From an uncultured delta proteobacterium (lineage in GTDB: Bacteria; Myxococcota_A; Polyangia; Palsa-1104): a DNA stretch of 64,000 nucleotides. The stretch lies in the NCBI GenBank assembly GCA_963785725.1, contig CAWAWS010000007.1, positions 32,001 to 96,000 of the forward strand, written 5' to 3'. Both the position numbers and the translations under genes were made by a program. The notes beneath the pieces were generated by a model. It ran no database searches, was not told the DNA's origin, and saw only the letters and a program-made list of their open reading frames with translations. Below, one piece after another: positions 19,595-31,033 of this stretch. Each line of letters starts with the position of its first letter. Positions within the stretch are counted from its first letter, which is position 1.

Positions 19595-21334
19595 TTATGT
19601 CGCGGCGGCGGGCTCGTTCAACGGCAACGTGACGGTGAACTCCGAGCCGACCTCGCGCTCGCTGCGCACGCTCAAGGTTCCGCCGTGCGCTGCGACAATC
19701 TGTCGCGACAAGAATAAGCCCAAGCCCAATCCGCCATAGTTGCGGCTCGACTCACCGCGCTCATAAGGCTCGAAGAGATGTGGCAAACGCTCGGGATCGA
19801 TGCCGAGGCCGTGATCGGACACCGTCAACGTCGCTTGCGTCGCGTTCGACGTCAGCGTCACGCGCACGGGCTGACCGCGGCCATATTTGAGGGCGTTGTC
19901 GAGCAGGTTGCTGATGACTTGCTGCAGTCGATCGCCGTCCCAATGGCCGAACAGCGACGCCGGCAGGTCGGTCTCGATGGGCGCGTGCGTCTTCGACAGC
20001 TCGTCGACCACTTCGCGCACGAGCGCCACCAGATCGACGCGATCGGGATAGATCGCCGGCGAACGCCGGCCGGCCAACGACGCGTCGAGCATGCGATTGA
20101 CGAGCCGCGACAATCGCCGGCTCTGCCGCAAGATCCGGTGCGCGGGCTTGACGATCGTATTCTCGCCAATCTCCGCCGCCTGCATCTGCAAGTGCTCGCA
20201 CGACACGCGCAGCGACGTCAGCGGCGTGCGCAGCTCGTGCGCCGCCAACGCCAAGAACTCATCGCGCGCATGCAGCGCATCCGTCGCCTGCCGATAGAGC
20301 CGCGCGTTGTTCAGCGCCATGCCGATGCGCTCGCCGAACTCCTCCGCCAACTTCAAGTCGTCGAGGCTATAGGTGCGCGAGCTCGACGCGAGCAGGAGCG
20401 CGGCGCGAATCGATTCCGGCACGCGAATCAATATGACCATGAAGCTGCGAATACCGATTTTGTGCAGCCAGGCGATATGGGCCGGCGTGAAGTGATGGCG
20501 CCTCATCTTCTCGTCGGTCACTTCCGGAATCAGCACCGATTGATCGAGCCGATTGGCCTCCACCGACGCATGCGGTCCGGTCTCCAGCGGTGGAAACTCG
20601 GCCGCGAATTCGTCGACGAGCGCCTGTTTCGTCGGGTCGCTGTGCGCGATGGCTAGCCGCTTGACGGCGCCCGCGTCGAGCAGGTCGATCGCCGCCCAAT
20701 CGGCCAATTCCGGCATCGAGAAGTGCACGGCCTTTTCGGCTATCTCCTTCAAGTCGAGCGAGCGCGACACGAGGAACGACGCGTGCGACATGAGGCAGGC
20801 GCGCCGCGACTCGGCTTCCGCCTCGTGGCGGCGCTTCGCCTCGAGCGCCGTGGCCACACACTGCGTCACCGACAGCACGAAGTCGATGTCCGCCGCCGTC
20901 CAATGGCGCGGCGGGCCGACGTGCTCGTGGCACAAGACGCCGACGAGCCGCGACTCGCTCCAGACCGGCACATCGAGCATCGACGTAATCTTGCGCACCG
21001 CGCAGTAGCTCAAGAGCTCGCGCGACCGCGGATCGCGCGTCACGTCGTCGAGCTGAATGATCTGCTCGGCGTTCAATTCTTCGAGATAAACCGGCGCATC
21101 TTTGGCGCTCAAGATCGCGCCGTTCTCGAACGCGTTCAGTGATTGCACGAAGCCGAGCTCGCACTTGATCAGGCGCGGCTCGTCGCAGAAGCTCCAATAG
21201 CTGGTGCGATCGACGTGCATCGCTTCGGCGTCGACGCGCAGGATGCGCTGCAGTGCGGTGTGCCAGTTGCTCTTATCGAGAGCGCATAGCTCGAGCAAGG
21301 CTCGGGCTGTCGTGCTTGTCGCGCGATTAGTCAT
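19595..21334 (-). CDS. GAF-GAF sensor histidine kinase
   Basis: Two GAF-like regions, then AHELRTPL, NLLDNALKY, DHGLGI and GLGLGL boxes. Confidence 0.9.
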   Translation of the reverse strand: MTNRATSTTARALLELCALDKSNWHTALQRILRVDAEAMHVDRTSYWSFCDEPRLIKCELGFVQSLNAFENGAILSAKDAPVYLEELNAEQIIQLDDVTRDPRSRELLSYCAVRKITSMLDVPVWSESRLVGVLCHEHVGPPRHWTAADIDFVLSVTQCVATALEAKRRHEAEAESRRACLMSHASFLVSRSLDLKEIAEKAVHFSMPELADWAAIDLLDAGAVKRLAIAHSDPTKQALVDEFAAEFPPLETGPHASVEANRLDQSVLIPEVTDEKMRRHHFTPAHIAWLHKIGIRSFMVILIRVPESIRAALLLASSSRTYSLDDLKLAEEFGERIGMALNNARLYRQATDALHARDEFLALAAHELRTPLTSLRVSCEHLQMQAAEIGENTIVKPAHRILRQSRRLSRLVNRMLDASLAGRRSPAIYPDRVDLVALVREVVDELSKTHAPIETDLPASLFGHWDGDRLQQVISNLLDNALKYGRGQPVRVTLTSNATQATLTVSDHGLGIDPERLPHLFEPYERGESSRNYGGLGLGLFLSRQIVAAHGGTLSVRSEREVGSEFTVTLPLNEPAAAT

Positions 21335-21438
21335 CGACCCCGGCGACTATCTCGGCATTCCACGGCCGCGCACAAGCGCCGATTGCACACAAATCGATGA
21401 CGCAGGAATACATAATGAATTGCAGTGTAATTACGAAG

Positions 21439-22866
21439 TCATGGCAGTCGCGTAATCTCGCCATTCAGTGCGCTGTGGAAGCGGCAAATGTGCGCGTTAT
21501 CAGTTGTCGCTCGGTCATCAGGCAAGAGCCGTAGCGCGTTGTTCTGCAGTGCAAAACGCAACCCCGCTACAGTCGCCGCCCGATCGAGCTCGTCGCCGCT
21601 GAGCAAAATGTCGACGCACTCGGGCGCGCTTGCCAGCGCGGCGCGCAGCGCGGCGAAGCGCGCAGCGCGGCGCATGAGGTCATTGGTGCCGCTGATCCGT
21701 TCCGCGGCGATCCAATCGCCGCTCATTTGCCGCAGGCGAATCGCCGACGACAGGGCGCCAGCGAACAGGAGCGCGAATGACAGCGCATAGACGAGACCGC
21801 GATCGCGCACCAGCAATCGTAAGATGGTTCGTGCCGCGAACCATGTAAGCGCCAACAGCGGCGGTAAGGAATGAACGAGATAATAACGATAATGATGCGC
21901 GCGCAATAACAGCACCGGTAATAAAGATACGAGCGCCCAGATCGCGGTTACGAAGAGCGTTTGCCGGCTCGGAGTCGACCACGGCGGCGCGCGTAACTGC
22001 AGCGCCTCGGCGGCTTTGGGCGTCATTCGCAGCGCGATCGCCACCAGCGCGCCGGCGGCGAATATCGCGGCTATCGGGCGATAGGCGATGAAAGATTCGC
22101 CGATCCAGGCGCCGTATTGAACGAGGTTGGTGAAGATATTGAGCCCGATCTGCAGGCGATAAGGCGCGTCGGGCGGCAGCTTCAAGAGCGATATCGTGCA
22201 GTGGGCGCGAATCGGCAGATAGACGGCGATGACGAGCGCGTGCGGCGCGAGCGCGCGCAAGGCGTGACGAATGCGCGCGGGCCAGGCGCGCGCATCGAGC
22301 AGCAGCGCGGCCGAGGCGAGCGTCAACGGCAGGAGCAGCGTCGATTCCTTCGTCAACAGCGCGAGCGCGAAGAGCGCGGCCGATCGCCACGGGCGACGCT
22401 GCAGGAACGCGAGGAAGCTGGCGAACGTCAACGCGGCGCCGGCGACGTCATAGACGCCGACCAGCCACAATTGCGGGTCGAGCTGCAACTTGAGCGCGGC
22501 GACGGCGCCGATGGCGGCGAGCGCGGCCAGCGCGCGACCCCAGCCGAGGCGCAACAGCACGTGGAAGCTGCAGATCCCGCCCGACGTCAGCAAGAGCAGC
22601 ATGCAGGCGTGATGCGGGCGCGTGTCGAGCGCGAAGAGGCGCTCGTCGAGCGCGATCCAGAGGGCGCCGAGCGGGCGATAAAAGAGCGCGTCGCGCGGCC
22701 AGAAGGCGGAGCGCGCGACGGCGCCGAAGCGGACGCCGTCGTAGGCGCCGAAGAGGAGCCAGTCGTCGAACGTGGGCGGGAAGGTCAGCGTCGGCACGTA
22801 AATCGCGGCGACCACCGCGGCGATGGCGGTGGCGACGAGGGCGGAGACGCGTCGCGCGGCGTTCAT
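21439..22866 (-). CDS. Polytopic membrane protein, possibly GT-C (ArnT/PMT-like) glycosyltransferase
   Basis: FDD after TM1, FYRPL and ALLTKES motifs; many hydrophobic segments. Confidence 0.6.
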   Translation of the reverse strand: MNAARRVSALVATAIAAVVAAIYVPTLTFPPTFDDWLLFGAYDGVRFGAVARSAFWPRDALFYRPLGALWIALDERLFALDTRPHHACMLLLLTSGGICSFHVLLRLGWGRALAALAAIGAVAALKLQLDPQLWLVGVYDVAGAALTFASFLAFLQRRPWRSAALFALALLTKESTLLLPLTLASAALLLDARAWPARIRHALRALAPHALVIAVYLPIRAHCTISLLKLPPDAPYRLQIGLNIFTNLVQYGAWIGESFIAYRPIAAIFAAGALVAIALRMTPKAAEALQLRAPPWSTPSRQTLFVTAIWALVSLLPVLLLRAHHYRYYLVHSLPPLLALTWFAARTILRLLVRDRGLVYALSFALLFAGALSSAIRLRQMSGDWIAAERISGTNDLMRRAARFAALRAALASAPECVDILLSGDELDRAATVAGLRFALQNNALRLLPDDRATTDNAHICRFHSALNGEITRLP

Positions 22867-23041
22867 GGCGCGAGTGTGCAGCGGGGAATCACGGTCGCGC
22901 GACGATAGCCGAGCGCGCTCGCCCGGTCGAGTCACGCCGCGTGTTTGTTCTGTCGAAGATCGCCGTCTGTTATCGATAATTTAGCGGCGCCAGCCGTTCG
23001 CGCGCTGGGCCAAGGCCGCGCCCTGCGACAGAGCTGCACAG

Positions 23042-23057
23042 CGGCACGGGGATTGCT
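23042..23057 (+). promoter_or_regulatory. sigma54 -24/-12 promoter
   Basis: CGGCACGGGGATTGCT (GG-N10-GC) followed by a GAGGAGG RBS. Confidence 0.65.
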
Positions 23058-23071
23058 GATATGAGGAGGGC

Positions 23072-23713
23072 ATGCGCATGCGCGTCCTCTCGGTTTCCTG
23101 CTTTTGTCTCGGCTTCGTCGTCGTCGGCTGTCGGCCGGCTAAAGTGGCGCCCCCATCGAACATGGCGGGCGCGACGGCGGCGCCGGCGCTGACGCCGGCG
23201 ACGGTCGCGCTCGTGGTGCACGATCCGACGGATCTGCAGGGACGGCTGGCGTTCAAGCTGCAGGCGGCGCTGGCGCCGCTGGGCGTGACGGCGCACATCG
23301 TCGGCGAGCGCAAGGCGGCCGTGGACGCGCTCGTCGTCGAGGTCGAGGTGCTCAACCGCCAGCGCAGCGTCGATGACGTCAAGACCAAGCGCAAAGGCCT
23401 GCCTACCGCTCGCGGCTTCGGGTTCATCGCCGGCGCCGACGATCCGGTCAACAAGCCCGAGCAGCACGACGCCCCGCGCCAACAGTTCGACGACGGCAAA
23501 GTGCAAGACGAGTCGGACTTGCGGCTCATCTTGACGGCGACGCTGAGCCGGCTCGACGGCGGCGAGCCGATCGCCAAGTGGGACGACACCGAAGGCACGC
23601 TGATTCCCCGCGCCGGCGACGGCACGCAGCCGGTCTTGCACCCGTGGCAGGCGCTCTACGGCGCGGCCGCCGACAGGCTCGCCGGCCAAGTTCGCGCCGC
23701 GCTGTCCAAGTAG
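23072..23713 (+). CDS. Hypothetical lipoprotein
   Basis: Strong RBS, VVVGC lipobox and GC-typical codon usage. Confidence 0.7.
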   Translation: MRMRVLSVSCFCLGFVVVGCRPAKVAPPSNMAGATAAPALTPATVALVVHDPTDLQGRLAFKLQAALAPLGVTAHIVGERKAAVDALVVEVEVLNRQRSVDDVKTKRKGLPTARGFGFIAGADDPVNKPEQHDAPRQQFDDGKVQDESDLRLILTATLSRLDGGEPIAKWDDTEGTLIPRAGDGTQPVLHPWQALYGAAADRLAGQVRAALSK

Positions 23714-23837
23714 CTCTCGCAATTTGCAAGCGGGCGGCGATCGGTCGTGCCGGCCACCGCCGCTCACGTCGCCGTCGAAGCGCCGAAGTAGGCGGAGCGG
23801 CTAGTCCGACGAGGTGTTGCATTTTGCGAGAGTGACC

Positions 23838-24212
23838 TCAGCGCTCTTGCATTTTGCCAATCGCCGTCAAGACCGCGCTCAGCCGCGCCGGCTTTTCGAG
23901 GGCAACGTCGCACTCGACGGCGCCGGCGCCCGACGACGGCAGGCCGCCGCAGGGCAGGAGCGCGACGATGGCGCTCGCCGGCGCCGCGCGCCGCAGCCGC
24001 GCCAAGAGGGCGGCGCCGTCGCGCGCGTGGCGATCGAGGTCGACCAAAATGACGTCGGCGGTCGGCGCCGTCAGCGACGGCAGCTCGGCGTCGTCGAGGC
24101 GCGCGCTGTCGTGGCCGGCTTCGCGCAACAGCTCCTCGAGCAGCTCGGCCAGCGACTCGTCTTCGACGACCAGGAGCACGCGGCGCGGCGCGAAATCGGC
24201 AGGCGGCGTCAT
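23838..24212 (-). CDS. Single-domain, atypical response regulator receiver
   Basis: VLLVVEDESL, DVILVD and LEKP; the conserved Thr/Ser appears to be missing. Confidence 0.7.
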   Translation of the reverse strand: MTPPADFAPRRVLLVVEDESLAELLEELLREAGHDSARLDDAELPSLTAPTADVILVDLDRHARDGAALLARLRRAAPASAIVALLPCGGLPSSGAGAVECDVALEKPARLSAVLTAIGKMQER

Positions 24213-24225
24213 CTTCGTCGGCCAT

Positions 24226-24241
24226 AGCAGCCGGCGTGCCA
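24226..24241 (-). promoter_or_regulatory. sigma54 promoter for the receiver gene
   Basis: Minus strand TGGCACGCCGGCTGCT. Confidence 0.6.
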
Positions 24242-24319
24242 GCCGCGGCCACTCTCGCAATCTGCACGACTGCGCCGGCGGCCGCGACGGGGAGGACGTG
24301 GCCGAATGCGCAGTTACGC

Positions 24320-24335
24320 TGGCACGTGCGCTGCT
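24320..24335 (+). promoter_or_regulatory. sigma54 promoter for the efflux operon
   Basis: TGGCACGTGCGCTGCT. Confidence 0.6.
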
Positions 24336-24349
24336 TATGTGGCCTGCAC

Positions 24350-25760
24350 ATGTCGCGCGCTTTCGTCACCACTGTCGGCCTCGTCGTGGCGCTGGGCGTT
24401 TCGCCGGCCGCGCGCGCCGACGACGTCCCGATCATGACGCTGCCGCAGGCGCTCGATTATGCGCGCGCTCATCAGCCGCTCATTCGCAGCGCGCTGGCCG
24501 AATATCAGGCGCGCCGCGCCGAGGCTCGCGTGCCGCGCGCCGAGTGGATGCCGCAAGTCGGCGGCACCGTGCAAGCGTACGAAGCGACGACCAACAATAC
24601 GACGGCGCTCTCGCTGTCGACGCCCGAGACCGACTTGCCGCGCATCGGCGCCACGCGCTCCAACACGACGAGCTGGACGCCCAACGCCTCGACGCTGGTG
24701 GCGGTGTCGGTGGGCCAGGAAGTGTACGACTTCGGTCGCATTTCGGCGCGCATCGCGGTGCAGGACGCGTTCGCGGAGATGGCGCACGCCAACGGCGAGG
24801 CGGCGCAGCTCGACGTGCAGCTCGGCGTCGAAGAGGCCTACGCGGCGGTGTTGGCGGCGCGGCACGTCCTCGGCGCGACGGAGGAGGCGCTGGCGCGGGC
24901 GCTCACCCATCGCGATTATGCGCGCGCCGGCGTCAAGAGCGGGCTGCGGCCGCCGATTGATTCTGACGCACGCGCAGGCCGACGTCGCGCAGCTGCAGGT
25001 GCGCAAGGTGCAGGCGGCGGCGGGGTTGACGTCGGCGCGGGCGGCGTTCGCGGCGTCGATGGCGTCGGACCAGCTGCAGGTCGACGCCGCCGAGCCGCAG
25101 CCGAACGACGCGCCGGCGCCGGCGCTGCAAGAGATGCTCAGGCAAGCGGCGGCGCACAACCCGGCCATCGCGGCGGCGCTGGCGCGGCGACGGGCGCTGA
25201 CGGCGAACGTGGCGGCGGTGACGCGCGAGCTGTTGCCCAACCTGTCGGCGTCGGCGGGCATCTCCGGTCGCGCCGGCGGCGCGCAGCCGTCGAGCGCGGG
25301 ATCGACCGTGCCGACGGGTGACGGCTGGCTGCCCGACGTCCCCAACTGGCACGTCGGGCTCATCTTGCAGTGGAACATCTTCGACGCGACGGTGCTGGCG
25401 CGCCGCGATGCCGCCAAAGCGCGCGCCGAAGCCGCCACGGCCGACCTCGAAGCCACGCACTTCAACATCGACTTGGCCACCGAACGCGCCTGGCTCACGC
25501 TCGACGCCGCGCTCGAGGCGCTGCCCGGTCTGCAGGCGACGCTCGACGCGGCCAGCGCCAACAACGCGCAGGCGGACGCGCGCTTTCGCGCCGGCCTCGG
25601 CAACATCATCGAGCTGGCCGACTCCGAGGCGCTCTTGACCAACGCGCAGCTGGAGCTCGCGGTGGGGCAGTTCACCGTGGCGCGGGCGCGCTCGGAGCTC
25701 GGTCGCGTCGTCGGTCAGACGGCCTTCCCGCTGGTTACGCAGAATCGAAAGGGACACTAG
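24350..25760 (+). CDS. TolC family outer membrane efflux protein, frameshifted near 24960
   Basis: Signal peptide, LPQALDYA..HQP, QEVYDFGR, QWNIFD and RFRAGLGNIIELADS. Confidence 0.85.
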
Positions 25761-25764
25761 CCGC

Positions 25765-26964
25765 ATGAGCTCGGAATCGAACTCGACCGTCGCCGGAAGT
25801 CATTCGCGTCAGAGCGGCGCGCCCGACGTGCTGCCCGAGCCCGGCAGCGACGCCAAGCGGCTGCGCGTCTTCATCGTCATCGGCGTCATCGTGCTCCTCG
25901 TCTGCGTCGTGGCGCTGTACTGGCGGGCGGCGGCGCGGACGAACCACGTGCCGCTGACGGCGGCGCCCAAGCCGGTGACGACGTTCAAGGCCGAGGCGAC
26001 GACGTTTCGGCCGCTGCGCGAGTACGTCGGCACGCTGCAGCCGTGGAACGCCGCGCGAGTGGGGCCGCAGTTCTTGTCGGCGTATGTCGGCACGGTGCTG
26101 GTGCGGCCGGGCGCGGTCGTCAAGCGCGGCGAAGTGCTGGCGACGCTCGACTGCCGCAACGCCGACGCCGCTTCGCGCGAGATCGCCGCGCAGGCGCGTG
26201 GCCTGCAAGAGCAGCAGACGGCGATTCAGCACGAGGCGCAGCGCACGCAAGAGCTGAAATCGGGCGGTTTCGCGTCGGAGAACGAGATCGAGCAGCTGAC
26301 GTCGCGCTCGGCCGCGGACAAGGCCAAGGTCGAGAGCATGCGCGCCTCGCTGACGTCGCGCACGTTGGAGGTGAACGACTGCGTCTTGCGCGCGCCGTTC
26401 GCGGGCGAGGTGGCCGACCGCTTCGTCGACCCGGGCGCGTACGTGCGGCCGGGCGAGGCGGTGGTCAGCGTCGTCGATCGCAACGTCGTGCGCGTCGTGG
26501 CCGATGCGCCCGAGGACGACTTCGCCGTCGTCGGCGTGGATACCCCGGTGGGTATCACGGTCGACGCCACGCACGCGAAGATCACGGCCAAGGTCAGCCG
26601 CCGCTCGCCGGCCGCCGACGAGACGACGCGCACGGTGCACTTCGAGATCGATCTCGGCAACGACAACCGCGCCTTGCCGGTGGGCACGACGGCGCGCCTG
26701 ACGATCGAGGTCGGCCAGCCCGAGCCGGCGACGCGCGTGCCGCTGCGCGCGGCGACGATGCGCGGCAAGAACGCGACGATCTACGTCGTCGACGGCGACG
26801 TCGCCAAGAAAGAGGTCGTGCCCATCATCGGCGAGCGTTCGGGCGGGCTGCTCTTGTCGCCCAAGCTGGCCGGCGGCACGCAGGTTGTCGTCGAAGGGCG
26901 CGCGCTGCTCGACGACGGCGACCGCGTGGCGCCGAAGCCGATGACGGCCGGCGAGGACCAGTAG
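25765..26964 (+). CDS. RND efflux periplasmic adaptor (MFP)
   Basis: N-terminal TM, VRPGAVVKRGEVLA, LRAPFAGEV and ADETTRTV. Confidence 0.9.
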   Translation: MSSESNSTVAGSHSRQSGAPDVLPEPGSDAKRLRVFIVIGVIVLLVCVVALYWRAAARTNHVPLTAAPKPVTTFKAEATTFRPLREYVGTLQPWNAARVGPQFLSAYVGTVLVRPGAVVKRGEVLATLDCRNADAASREIAAQARGLQEQQTAIQHEAQRTQELKSGGFASENEIEQLTSRSAADKAKVESMRASLTSRTLEVNDCVLRAPFAGEVADRFVDPGAYVRPGEAVVSVVDRNVVRVVADAPEDDFAVVGVDTPVGITVDATHAKITAKVSRRSPAADETTRTVHFEIDLGNDNRALPVGTTARLTIEVGQPEPATRVPLRAATMRGKNATIYVVDGDVAKKEVVPIIGERSGGLLLSPKLAGGTQVVVEGRALLDDGDRVAPKPMTAGEDQ

Positions 26965-29900
26965 ATGACCGGCCTATCGCTGCGCAACCCGATCGCCATC
27001 CTCATGATCTGCATCGGGATCGTCGTGTTCGCGTCGTGGTCACGCCGCGCATGAGCGTCGACACGTTCCCCGAGCTGACGCCGCCCGTGCTCATCATCGG
27101 CACGCAGTGCCCGGGCCTCGGTCCGAAAGACGTCGAGAAGACGATCTCGTGGCGCCTCGAGAAGTACGTGAGCGCGACGCCCGGCGTCGATCACGTCGAG
27201 AGCGTCTCGCGCAACGGCTTCTCGATCATCTACGTGTGGATGAAGTGGGGCACCGATCTCAACGCCGCGCAGACGCTGGTGCAGCAGAACGCGACGTTCG
27301 CGATGGCGGCCGTGCCCAAGTCGCTCGGCGTGCTGCCGCCGTTCGTCTTGCAATACGACCCGTCGAACGCGCCGGTCGTGCAGGTCGTCGTCTCGGGCGG
27401 CGGCATGTCGGGTCCGCAGCTCTACGACTACGCGTTCAACTACATCGAGCCGGTGCTGGAGGGCATTCCCGGCGTGGCGTCGGCGCGCCGTCGACGGCGG
27501 GCGCATGCGGCAGATCAACGTCATCGTCGACCCGGCCAAGGCGCAGGCGCGGCGCCTCACGTCGGAGGACGTCTCGAAGGCGGTGGCGCGCCTCGAACGC
27601 GCTCCTGCCGTCGGGCGAGTTCATCGCGCACGCACTTCGACGCCAACGTCTACACCAACGCCGTGCCGCCGGCGGTCAAGACGATCGGCGAGGCGATCAT
27701 CAAGCGCAACGGCAACAAGGCCGTGCTCATCCGCGACGTCGCGCGCGTCGAGGACGGCGGCACGCCCGAGACGCAAGCCGTGTCGGTCAACGGCGAGGAC
27801 GCGGTCGCGCTCAACGTGCTGCGCATTCCCGGCGGCAACACGATCGACATCGTCGACGCGGTGAAAAAGGCGGTCGCGACATCTGCCCAATCTGCCGCCG
27901 GGCGTGAAAGTGGAGGCGCGCTTCGATCAGTCGACCTTCGTGCGCACGGCCTATCACGGGCTGCGCAAAGAGGTCGTGCAGGCGCTGTTCTCGATCGCCA
28001 TCGTCATCTTGATCTTCCTGCAGAGCGATGCGCGGCACGCTCATCGTCGCCGTCGCCATCCCGCTGTCGTTCGCCATCACGCTCATCGTGCTCTACGCCA
28101 ACGGCGAGACGCTGAACGCGTTCACGCTCGGCGGGCTGACGCTGGCGATGGGGCGACTCGTCGACGACGCCGTCGTCGTGCTCGAGTCGATCCATCGTCA
28201 TCAAAAACAGGGCATGTCGACGGCGGAAGCGGCGCTGCACGGCGCCAACGCGGTGGCGCTGCCGGTGCTGGCCTCGACGCTGACGACGATGGCCGTGCTC
28301 TTGCCGGTCGTGCTCTTGGCGGGCCTGGCGAAGAAGCTGTTCGTGCCGCTCGCGCTGACGGTCGCCGTGGCCATGATCGCGTCCTACTTCGTGTCGATGT
28401 GCGTGACGCCGGTGGCCTGCCGCTTCTTTCTCGGCCACGCCGAGCCGGGCACAGTTTTGGACGCGCATCGAGCGCTTCATCGACGCGGTCGCCGGCGGTT
28501 ACGCCAAGTTCCTTTTGCGCGTGTTGCCGTTGCGGCGCGCGATCATCGTGCTGCGCCGCTCATCCTCGTCACCGTGTCGGGCGCCATCGCGGCCAAGCTG
28601 CCGAGCGACGTTCTTCCCCGACACCGACGAGGCGATGGAGACGATCTACGTCCGCTTCGCGCCCGGCATCTCGATCGAAGACTCCGCGAAGCTGATCACG
28701 AAAATGGGCCAGACGCTGTCGGCGGAGCTGCCGAAGGGCAGCGTCGACCTCGTGTTCTCGAACATCGGCTCGCCGGCCAACGCGCGCGCCATCATCACCA
28801 GCCCCAATTGGGGACCGCACATGGGCTACTTGCGCGTCGCAATTCAGCGACTCCGAGGCGCGCAAGCAGTCGCAGCGCCAGCTCGTCCGACTTGTCGCGC
28901 AAGATCCTGAACGACCACTTTCCCGGCGTGCAGATCTTGGGTGCGCCCGGCGGCCTCGTCTCCAGCGTGTTCTTGAACGGCGCCATCGCGCCCGCTCGTC
29001 ATCGAGGTGCGCGGCGACAGCTTCGACGTCATCAACGAGCAGGCCAACGCCGTCGGCCAGGTCATGCGCACCGTCGCCGGCATCCGCGACGTGCGCGTCT
29101 CGCTGGAGATGGACTACCCCGAGTTGCACGTCGACGTCGAGCGCACCCAGGCCGGCATGGTCGGCGTCAGCGCGCGCGAGCGTCGGCCAGACGACGCTCG
29201 AGGCCACGCTCGGCAACATCAACACGCCCAGCGTCTGGATCGACTCCAACAACGGCCAGTCCTATTACGTCGTCACCTCCTACGACAACGATCTCGTCAG
29301 AGATCCGAGCGCGCTGGCGACGCTGCCGGTGCTCGTCTCCGACAGCGGCAAGCCGGTGACGCTCGGCGCCTACAGCATCGTGCGCCGCGCGGCCGGGCCG
29401 ATCGCCGTCGAGCGCAACAAGCTGCAGCGCGCCGTGCACATCCTCGCGCAAGTGGAGGGCCGCGACCTCGGCACGACCGCGTCCGACCTCGACGCCGCGC
29501 TGGCCAAGGATCCGCGGACGGCGCACGTGCGCTACGACTTCGTCGGCCAGGTCGGCCTCATGCGCACGACCTTCGGCGGCTTGGGCGTCGGCGTTGGGGC
29601 TGGCGGTCATGGTGGTGTTCATGATCATGGCCTCGCAGTTCAAGTCGCTGCGCTTGCCCTTCATCATGCTGTTCACGATTCCGGTGTCGCTGGTCGGCAT
29701 CGACGCGGCGCTGTTGGCGGCCGGTCAGGGCTTCTCGATCACGGCGCTCATGGGCGTGCTGATGGTCATCGGCATCGCCGTCTCCAACGGCATTCTGCTC
29801 GTCGACGACGCGTCGCGCCGCTTTGCCGAAGGCGCGACGCGCGTCGAATCGATCGTCGCCGCGGCGCGATCGCGCTTCGTGCCCATCGTCATGACGTCGC

Positions 29901-30109
29901 TGGCGACGGTCATCGGCCTGATTCCGACGGCGGCGGGCCTGGAAGCCGGCACCGAGGCGAACCAGCCGCTGGCGCTGGCCGTCGTCGGCGGGCTCACGTC
30001 CTCGACGGTGCTGTCGCTCTTCTTGGTGCCGGTGATCTATCTGCTGCTGGCCAAGCGCGACGAAGTGGGGTCAGACGACGTGCATCAGCCGACCGTGGGC
30101 GAACCCTAG
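26965..30109 (+). CDS. RND efflux permease (AcrB/CusA superfamily), multiply frameshifted
   Basis: Fragments MSVDTFPELTPP, LNAFTLGGLTLAMGRLVDDAVVVLE, GIAVSNGILLVD, RFVPIVMTSLAT and PLALAVVGGL are spread across frames. Confidence 0.85.
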
Positions 30110-30121
30110 TATTGTCGGCGC

Positions 30122-31033
30122 GTGGCGACCAAGATCGATCCCAAGCGGCTCGAGACCTTTCGCATCGTCGCGTCGGTCGGCAAGATTACGGCGGCGAGCC
30201 AGCAGCTGCACCTGTCGCAGCCGGCGGTGACGGCGCAGCTCAGGCAGCTCGAGGAGCAAGTGGGCAGGCCGCTGTTCGTGCGCGGCGCGCGCGGCGTCAT
30301 CCTGACCGACGCCGGCCGCGAGCTCAACGACTACGCGCAGCGCGTGCATCGGCTGCTCGAAGACGCCGAGAGCGCCATGCAGCGGCCGGGAACGCTGGAG
30401 GCGACGGAGCTGGCGCTGGCCGCGAGCACGACCATCGCCTCTTATCTGCTGCCGTCGCTGTTGGCGTCGTTTCTGCGGCGTCATCCGGGCATGGGCGTGC
30501 GGCTGGAGGTGGGTAATACCGAGCAAGTGCTGGGCTGGCTGCGCGACGGCAAGGTGCCGCTCGGGCTCGTCGAAGGCCACGCGCGCGCGGGCGGCCTGCA
30601 CCTCGAACGCTTCGTCGGCGAAGAGCTGGTCGCCGTCGTCGCCGCCGAGGCGCCGGCCGCGCTCTTGCGCGTGCGCAAGCCGGCCGATCTGGCGAACGTG
30701 CCCATCATCTGGCGCGAGCCGGGCTCGGGCACGCGCGCCGTCGTCGAGCGCGCGCTCAAACAGGCGGGCGCGCGGCGCGGCTCGCACGCCGGCGACCTGC
30801 AGCTCGGCGGCACCGAGGCCATCAAAGCGGCGGTGGCGCTCGGTCTCGGCGTCGGCATCTTGTCGCGCTGGAGCATTCAGTCGGAGCTGGCGCTCGGCCG
30901 TTTGCGCGTGCTGCCGATTCGCGGCCTCACCATCGAGCGGCACTTTTCGTGGGTGCTGCCGGTCGACGGCGCGGCCGGAATCGCCGGCGAATTCCTGCGT
31001 CACGCGCGCGCCGATCCGCCGCGGCTCGGCTGA
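30122..31033 (+). CDS. LysR regulator, CysL/YeiE-like
   Basis: HTH; AASTTIASYLLP, VGNTEQV, GLVEG and REPGSGTR, typical of the CysL/YeiE group. Confidence 0.88.
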   Translation: MATKIDPKRLETFRIVASVGKITAASQQLHLSQPAVTAQLRQLEEQVGRPLFVRGARGVILTDAGRELNDYAQRVHRLLEDAESAMQRPGTLEATELALAASTTIASYLLPSLLASFLRRHPGMGVRLEVGNTEQVLGWLRDGKVPLGLVEGHARAGGLHLERFVGEELVAVVAAEAPAALLRVRKPADLANVPIIWREPGSGTRAVVERALKQAGARRGSHAGDLQLGGTEAIKAAVALGLGVGILSRWSIQSELALGRLRVLPIRGLTIERHFSWVLPVDGAAGIAGEFLRHARADPPRLG

